From positions 4,844-68,843 of the forward strand of contig CAZFOD010000004.1 in NCBI GenBank assembly GCA_964520545.1: 64,000 bases of DNA, read 5' to 3'. The notes under the pieces are model-generated. The model ran no database searches. It saw only the letters and a list, made by a program, of their open reading frames with translations, and was not told the DNA's origin. Of the stretch, positions 57,899 through 64,000 are shown piece after piece (the stretch's first letter is position 1; the number at the start of each line of letters is the position of its first letter). The stretch is from an uncultured Candidatus Saccharibacteria bacterium. Lineage in GTDB: Bacteria; Patescibacteriota; Minisyncoccia; Phycocordibacterales; CAIZLB01. Position numbers and translations under genes: made by a program.

Positions 57899-59398
57899 AT
57901 GAGCATTAAAAGATACCTTTCTGTCATAGTCATCGTCGGTCTGCTTGTAAGCTTTTTGCCGACACAAAAAGCAGAGGCAGATACCGTAGTTGGCACTATT
58001 TCTGTTGGATATTTGCCTATAAGCATAGGTACGCTTGGAACTAAAGTTTATGTAGCCAATCTACTCCATGACTCTGTATCAATTATTGATACAGAGAACA
58101 ATAATACGGTTTCAACAATACAAGTTGGTGCCACTCCGTATGCAATAACAACACTGGGTCAAAAGGTGTATGTCGCAAACAACGGTGATGCGACAGTCTC
58201 AATCATTGATACTGCCAATAATAACGCAGTTACTTCAGTTAATGTTGAAAACAGCCCTTACTATATAACCGCATCAAGTACGAAAGTGTATGTGGTGAAT
58301 AATATTGGTAGTGTTTCGATAATTGATACCGCAAATAACAACGCAGTTACAAACATACCAGTTGGAGGGGGTCCTCAGGGTTTAGCTCTTTTGGGAACAA
58401 ATGTCTACGTTGTAGATTCCGCTGGCGGCACAGTTACAGTCATAGATACAGCAAATAACAACGCGACAACGACCGTAAACGTAGGGCAAGCACCCCTTGA
58501 CATCGTTACACTGGGTTCGAAAGTTTATGTGGTTGATAACAACGAAAATCGAATTTCAATTATCGACCCTGGCAATAACAACAATGTCACATCGGTAAAT
58601 GTCGGAAACAGTCCTAGCTACATTACAAAATTAGGAACAAAACTCTATGTAACAAACTATCTCGACAATACGGTCTCAATCATTGATACAGCAAACAATA
58701 ATGCGGTTTCAACTGTCTCAGTGGGCATTGGACCTCAAGCTATTTACGCATTTGGGACAAAAGTGTATGTAGCCAACGTCGATGGTACTGGAAATAAAGT
58801 TTCGATCATCGACACATCGGACGGGGATTCTGTATCTACCGTTACAGTTGGAGCCACGCCTCAAGCTTTTACTAGCCTTGGAACTAAAGTTTATGTAGTA
58901 AATATTAGCAGTAATAATGTTTCCATTATAGAAACAGCGCCTTCTCCAGCCGCCATTGGAGGCTTCTCTACTTCCTACTCCTATGATTATATAAATGGAA
59001 TTTTGACGACAACTACTGGAAACATGGTTTCAACAAGTTCAATTCCAAAAATACTCCCATTCGCTCAAACTCAAGCTACATCATCACCAGCCGTAGCTAC
59101 GACCACACCCCCTACTGTTCAGCCAACACCAGTTCCAGTTCAAGAAAAGTTTTCATTCCTCAAGGATCTTAAATACAAAGACATTGATACTGACGTGCTA
59201 AAGCTTCAACAGTTTCTAAACTCACATGGAGCAACGGTTTCAATTTCTGGTGCAGGATCTATTGGTAAAGAAACAACACTCTTCGGACCGGCAACTCGTG
59301 CTGCTTTGATTAAATTTCAGAAAGCTAATAACATCCGACCTTCAGTGGGATTCTTCGGTCCAATAACTAGAGGAATTGTAAACGCATTGTTACGTTAG
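57899..59398 (+). CDS. YVTN-family beta-propeller repeat surface protein with C-terminal peptidoglycan-binding domain
   Basis: About nine repeats of about 40 aa (KVYVAN..D.TVSIIDTANNN.V.TV.VG..P); C-terminus DVLKLQQFLNSHG...FGPATRAALIKFQKANNI matches PG_binding_1; signal peptide starts at M16. Confidence 0.7.
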   Translation: MSIKRYLSVIVIVGLLVSFLPTQKAEADTVVGTISVGYLPISIGTLGTKVYVANLLHDSVSIIDTENNNTVSTIQVGATPYAITTLGQKVYVANNGDATVSIIDTANNNAVTSVNVENSPYYITASSTKVYVVNNIGSVSIIDTANNNAVTNIPVGGGPQGLALLGTNVYVVDSAGGTVTVIDTANNNATTTVNVGQAPLDIVTLGSKVYVVDNNENRISIIDPGNNNNVTSVNVGNSPSYITKLGTKLYVTNYLDNTVSIIDTANNNAVSTVSVGIGPQAIYAFGTKVYVANVDGTGNKVSIIDTSDGDSVSTVTVGATPQAFTSLGTKVYVVNISSNNVSIIETAPSPAAIGGFSTSYSYDYINGILTTTTGNMVSTSSIPKILPFAQTQATSSPAVATTTPPTVQPTPVPVQEKFSFLKDLKYKDIDTDVLKLQQFLNSHGATVSISGAGSIGKETTLFGPATRAALIKFQKANNIRPSVGFFGPITRGIVNALLR

Positions 59399-59413
59399 AT
59401 AACAAAATAATTG

Positions 59414-59944
59414 TTACATCTTTCTACTATCATACGCCCAATGGAGTAGGGCTTGTCTTTGAACAGGACGGCACATCTCATCTCCAACTCTGCAGTTATA
59501 TTTAATTTGGTAGATATGTCGACTAACAGCTTTCCACCTTTTAATCTGGCGCTCATCGTCTGGTCCTCGACGACCCATATAATATCGGCAATACCACTGG
59601 AACCATCCTCGGGGATCATCTTTGTAAATCCATCCCTTCTTTTTCCAAACAGAAAGTGACTGACTGGCGTTGACCTTAAAGAAATTTAGGTCGGGATTTC
59701 GCTTGTATATTCCCTCCTCTTGAAACTTTGCCTTTGTAAACCACTCTTTAGGAAACTCTTTAGTACAGTCTCTCATGTACACACCTCCAAACACACCGAG
59801 TGCAAGCATTTCTTGCGGTGTAAAGTCTGGCTTGAATTCAGGATCAAAGTTTTTACCAACAGGCTCTGATATCTCATACACATACCCTTTCTGCATCCGA
59901 TCATTTACCTTAACAGTTTTCTTTCTCATTAGTTTAATATCCAA
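59414..59944 (-). CDS. hypothetical conserved protein (W/Y/R/K-rich)
   Basis: 176-aa ORF whose start overlaps the tspO stop by 16 nt; no family recognised from sequence alone. Confidence 0.45.
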   Translation of the reverse strand: MDIKLMRKKTVKVNDRMQKGYVYEISEPVGKNFDPEFKPDFTPQEMLALGVFGGVYMRDCTKEFPKEWFTKAKFQEEGIYKRNPDLNFFKVNASQSLSVWKKKGWIYKDDPRGWFQWYCRYYMGRRGPDDERQIKRWKAVSRHIYQIKYNCRVGDEMCRPVQRQALLHWAYDSRKM

Positions 59945-60405
59945 ATCATAAAGTTTAGATACGAAGCAAAACTAACCCACAGGATATATGGTACCAGTAA
60001 CCATACAGCAGGCTTCGATATCTTAGAAAACAAAAACATAGTCCATACAATGGCGAGCCACATTGCACCGATGTTTACCAACGCCCATCCAGGGCTTTGC
60101 AAGCCGAAGAATACAATTGACCACAATGTGTTAAGGACGAGTTGAAGCCCAAAAACAGAAAGTGCTGTTTTAACACCTGAGTATTTCCATCCCCTCTTGT
60201 ATATTAAGTAAGCAGCGATACCCATGAGGGCGTACAGAGTCGTCCAAACAGGGCCAAATATCCAACCAGGAGGATTGAGTGCGGGTTTTGCAAGTGTGGC
60301 ATACCAACTTGTGACTGATGAGACAGTAAAGACTGATCCGATGATACCAGCAAGTTCAGACACAACAACAAATGCTAAGAGCTTCAGGAAAGAGTTTTTA
60401 TTCAT
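59929..60405 (-). CDS. tspO: TspO/MBR family tryptophan-rich sensory protein
   Basis: Five TM helices with conserved Trp-rich motifs (GWIFGPVWTTLYALMGIAAY...). Confidence 0.85.
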   Translation of the reverse strand: MNKNSFLKLLAFVVVSELAGIIGSVFTVSSVTSWYATLAKPALNPPGWIFGPVWTTLYALMGIAAYLIYKRGWKYSGVKTALSVFGLQLVLNTLWSIVFFGLQSPGWALVNIGAMWLAIVWTMFLFSKISKPAVWLLVPYILWVSFASYLNFMIWILN

Positions 60406-60451
60406 TTACAAATTATATCAAATTAGGCAGTGGTTTACATTAAGCAATTAG

Positions 60452-60880
60452 CTATTTCGTAGCCGGAGCTTCCACTGTCCACTCAATACCATATTTGTCT
60501 CTGAACATACCAAAGTATGTTCCCCAAGGACTCTCGGCCATTGGCATCTCTACCTGCCCTCCGGCTGAGAGACCGTTGAATATAGCTTCCGTTTCTTCTT
60601 TAGTCTCTGCACTAACTGAAATCTTACTTCTATTTTCATTCTCATTAACCTTACCCATGAATGAAGGTATGTCATTTGCCATCAACACATTACCCTTACC
60701 AATTGGTAAAGTAATGAGCATAATTTTATTTGCATCCTCATCAGTTACTGGAAATTCTGGACCTGCGAGATCTTTAAAACGAATAATCTTTGTAAACTCT
60801 CCACCAAATATTGATTTATAAAATGTAAAAGCTTCTTCAGCATTACCATTAAAGTTAATCCAAGGATTTATTGTTGTCAT
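60452..60880 (-). CDS. VOC (glyoxalase/bleomycin-resistance-like, PhnB-type) protein
   Basis: INPWINFNGNAEEAFTFYKSIFGGE...GIEWTV matches the PhnB/3-demethylubiquinone-methyltransferase-like VOC family. Confidence 0.75.
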   Translation of the reverse strand: MTTINPWINFNGNAEEAFTFYKSIFGGEFTKIIRFKDLAGPEFPVTDEDANKIMLITLPIGKGNVLMANDIPSFMGKVNENENRSKISVSAETKEETEAIFNGLSAGGQVEMPMAESPWGTYFGMFRDKYGIEWTVEAPATK

Positions 60881-61032
60881 GTCGTGATTATATCAAATAT
60901 GCCGGACTGCCTATTAAAATCATGAGGTCCGGTGTCAACTTATCTTTTTGGCGTGAAAAGAAAAACCGCCTGCTGGGTACAGGCGGCGGTTGAGTTCTTT
61001 TATGACTATTTAAATCCCAGTAGTCATGTTGG

Positions 61033-61578
61033 TTATTGGAGATCAGCTCCGTCTGAAACACTTCGTGGTTCCAGCCCGACAGATCTCACGAGGTCGAGAA
61101 ACGCTAGGCATTCTTCCTCTTGGGTTGGGATGGCCCCAAAACGAGAACCGGTGTGCACTTGTGGGAGATTGTCTTTGTTTTTCTTGCACCAGGCAAAGAA
61201 TTCCTTCTCAGCCTGTGACAGATGGGCCACATCCTCTTCGACAAGCATAGACACGAGGTCCATGTTTGCAACCATGCTGCTTTCGCCATAGTAGGTGAAG
61301 AACGGGATACTTTTTGTATCTAACGGTTTGTCCGTCATCAGCTTGAAGCCTTTGCTTCTTAACCAAGCCCATTCCAGGAGTTGGTTTTGCCGACCGAGCA
61401 GAAAGAAGTTACCCTCCGGAAAAGTCCAGACTTCCCTGCTTCTCGCTGAACGCAGGAGGCTGTACGCCGTGTGGTGTTCTCCGTCCGCACATGGGACATT
61501 TTCCCTGTGAATTTCCATGCCGATATCCGTGAGGAACCAGCGCAGGGATTTGAATAGACTGCTAACTTTTTTAAACAT
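61033..61578 (-). CDS. hypothetical protein (GC-rich)
   Basis: 181 aa with a terminator hairpin at about 60968-60995 downstream. Confidence 0.4.
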   Translation of the reverse strand: MFKKVSSLFKSLRWFLTDIGMEIHRENVPCADGEHHTAYSLLRSARSREVWTFPEGNFFLLGRQNQLLEWAWLRSKGFKLMTDKPLDTKSIPFFTYYGESSMVANMDLVSMLVEEDVAHLSQAEKEFFAWCKKNKDNLPQVHTGSRFGAIPTQEEECLAFLDLVRSVGLEPRSVSDGADLQ

Positions 61579-62110
61579 GGATTGCTCCTTTTGTTGTTGA
61601 GGTTTCGAACTGTTTCAATCAAAGTTTTACCCTGATTGCCTGTTGGCAACAATACCACCGATATTTAAGTGTGTCTAATTAAAAACACCCCGCTAGGAAT
61701 TGAACCTTTGCGGGGTGTCTAAGAAGATTCGAAAAGGATTACCCTCCGAAACAAGGAACTAATCTTTGCCCGTCATAATGGTTACGAACTGGATCTTCAC
61801 GATCACCGATTTCAATCCTCCTGGATGGTTGACGAACCTTTTTGGGTTTGAGGGATTTATTCTTGCGAATATTGATACTTTTTTTTCATTTCATTTAGTT
61901 GTTGAGTGCCGTTTCCGACACAAGGTTCAATGACTTGTCTCCAAGTTGTTCGGTATCAATGATGCCTGCGGTATAGGAAAAGTCAATTTTAATCCAAGGT
62001 TCAAACCCAATCTTGGGTAACAGAAAAAGACCTCGTCTTGCAAGGTCTTTTTCATTAGGTTCAGACACTAGAGAATGTTCGAACCTGTTTCAGAACTACA
62101 AACAATATCT

Positions 62111-62776
62111 TTATTGTGCAGTCCTAAATATTGCAGGCCAAGTTATACTTTCATTTCCAGAAGCATCTTTAACATATACTACGTAGTAGTAATTTGTGTT
62201 TGACTGGAGACCAGTCAATGTAGCTCCGTGTGAAGTACTTAGATTCAAGTTTGCAATTACTGGTGTACCTGAAACAGTTATACCAGATACAGCGCTTCCT
62301 TCAGTCAACACCATTGGTGATGTGCTGTAGTATACAAGAGCTGAAGTATTGGTATCCGTATTCCATGAGAATGTCGCCGTTGAAGCCGAAGTACCTAGAC
62401 TAAGATTTCTAATGACTGGAACTAGCCTATCTGTTCCAACACGAGGACCTGTATTCATCTGCGCATTAATCACAGCAAGTGTCTGTGGTCCAACTCGACC
62501 GACGGTAGAAATTCCATTTCTTGCCTGGAAATTCATAACCGCTGACCTTGTTAATGAACCGAAATAACCTGTAACCAGACCTTGTGGATAAATTGAAGGA
62601 TCTGCAGCCAAAAAGGTCTGTAGATCTGAGACATCACTTCCACTCATACCAATCTGAAGCTGTCGAGTGAGCATAGCTGCAGAAGCGTTTAGAGGAAAAC
62701 TTGCTACTAATACAAACGAAAGTGCCAATAACCCCCCACTAACAACTTGAACTACCTTGTTTGAGAATAATTTCAT
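62111..62776 (-). CDS. secreted peptidoglycan-binding + FN3-like domain protein (paralog 2, inverted relative to 56873..57541)
   Basis: About 65% aa identity to paralog 1 over the full length; a shared 26-nt identical DNA stretch (cgagttggaccacagacacttgctgt). Confidence 0.65.
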   Translation of the reverse strand: MKLFSNKVVQVVSGGLLALSFVLVASFPLNASAAMLTRQLQIGMSGSDVSDLQTFLAADPSIYPQGLVTGYFGSLTRSAVMNFQARNGISTVGRVGPQTLAVINAQMNTGPRVGTDRLVPVIRNLSLGTSASTATFSWNTDTNTSALVYYSTSPMVLTEGSAVSGITVSGTPVIANLNLSTSHGATLTGLQSNTNYYYVVYVKDASGNESITWPAIFRTAQ

Positions 62777-63034
62777 AGTTTTATTTTAGATAATAAATTA
62801 ACCAACAATCAACCGACCTTTATACCCACCATGACGACCTTGTCCCGTCTCGATGACAACAAACCACATGAAGACTTCATGAAGCGTTCATGTATTCTAT
62901 TGCTACACAAATGTATTGTTAGAGATCTCTCAAGTAAACAATTTTTCAAATTTTGGTTTGGAAATGATTAAACTATACTTCCCACTCTTTAGGTGAGTTA
63001 TACTATCAACTGTTACAAGTCACATCATATATTT

Positions 63035-63481
63035 ATGGAAAAAATACATATATCAATTGTCATTAATGCGCCACGGGAAAAAGTCTGGGATATAATGCTG
63101 AGCGATGCGTCATATCGAAAATGGACATCCGCATTTCATCCAGGGTCATACTATAAAGGCAAATTAGCACAAGGAGAGAAAATACTTTTCCTCGGCCCTG
63201 ATGAAGGTGGAGAAACAGGAATGGTAAGTCGCGTGGCTGAAATTCGACCTCACGAGTTCATTTCATTTGAACACCTCGGTATTGTTAAAAAAGGTGTTGA
63301 AGACACCGAGAGTGAAGAAGCGAAGAAATGGTCACCCGCATTTGAAAACTATACCTTTAAAGAAACAGAAAGTGGTACTGAGGTAATTATCGATCAGGAT
63401 ATACAATCTGATTACAAAGTGCAGTTTGAAGAAATGTGGCAGCATGCCCTTTTACTTCTCAAAGAACTTGCTGAGAAATAG
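63035..63481 (+). CDS. SRPBCC-superfamily (AHSA1/START-like) protein
   Basis: MEKIHISIVINAPREKVWDIMLSDASYRKWTSAF is a typical AHSA1-like N-terminus; start at the internal ATG 63035. Confidence 0.65.
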   Translation: MEKIHISIVINAPREKVWDIMLSDASYRKWTSAFHPGSYYKGKLAQGEKILFLGPDEGGETGMVSRVAEIRPHEFISFEHLGIVKKGVEDTESEEAKKWSPAFENYTFKETESGTEVIIDQDIQSDYKVQFEEMWQHALLLLKELAEK

Positions 63482-64000
63482 GGTGATTCGAGTAAGCGTT
63501 ATTGATTTCTCACCCAGACACTAAATCAACAAACTACTTAAGCCAGTCCAGCTTTATAACCGAAGCATTTGGGTATGGAGGAATATCATAAAACAGTTTT
63601 GGATCGATTCCCCTTTTAATTGTCTCCATGATTATTGGGAATATTTTTACTGATACTGGCTATTTTTTTGGCGGAGAATTTGATATGTATTTGCTTCTTA
63701 TCTTACTTATTAGTCCGTAGATACCAACTGTAAACACCACAAGTCCAAGCAATTGTGCCCCTGGGCTGTCGTCAGCCCCGCCAAACACAAACATAAAAAC
63801 ACCGAGGAGAATATTGAAGATAAAAGATGTAATTATTAGTTTTTTATACATTTTTATAATATAACATATTTTGATTCCTATCGCGGACGAGTTCAGAACT
63901 ATAGACTGGATGAAGATAAAAATTGAAATGAGTAAATTGAGTTTTGTATAAAATGGAAAACCGCCCCAGCATAGCTGTTCAGGCGGTCTTTGTTTTGGCT

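Noticed and set aside
61780-62050. Possible gene remnant or small ORF between the terminators at 61690-61735 and 62020-62050
   Set aside because: Only a 42-aa ORF without supporting signals. Probably an intergenic spacer, perhaps a decayed gene.
1-64000. CRISPR arrays, rRNA genes, transposases/IS elements, integrases
   Set aside because: No short regularly spaced direct repeats, no rRNA-like sequence and no transposase or integrase-like ORFs were seen anywhere in the window.

Overview
AT-rich bacterial window of about 64 kb with compact housekeeping operons. The gene content matches a small-genome Patescibacteria/CPR-like organism: a class I LysRS (KMSSS motif), a short ProRS without the editing insertion, and many small membrane and secreted hypothetical proteins. 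Recognisable core genes include an mraZ-rsmH-ftsL-ftsI cluster, an mreBCD-mrdA cluster, proS-rseP-frr, priA-def-fmt, cysS, dnaB-recR, ribosomal proteins L27, L9 and L21, ctpA, greA and hpf. One tRNA-Glu(CUC) lies on the minus strand at 30459-30530. No CRISPR array, rRNA or obvious transposase is present. GC-rich segments are interspersed (about 9.0-15.1 kb, 23.3-24.3 kb, 53.4-54.3 kb, 61.0-61.6 kb), pointing to mosaic or horizontally acquired content. The most unusual structure is at 5.27-7.48 kb: two divergent paralogous 2-TM membrane proteins, each with a nearly identical 5' leader of about 85 nt and a nearly identical terminator hairpin, flanking a basic zinc-ribbon protein and a small single-TM protein. 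A second notable locus is 56.9-62.8 kb: inverted paralogous PG-binding/FN3 surface proteins flank a YVTN beta-propeller surface protein, TspO, a VOC enzyme and unknown genes. A promoter-to-terminator bounded candidate sRNA lies between rpmA and rplI. The PriA homolog has degenerate ATPase motifs.
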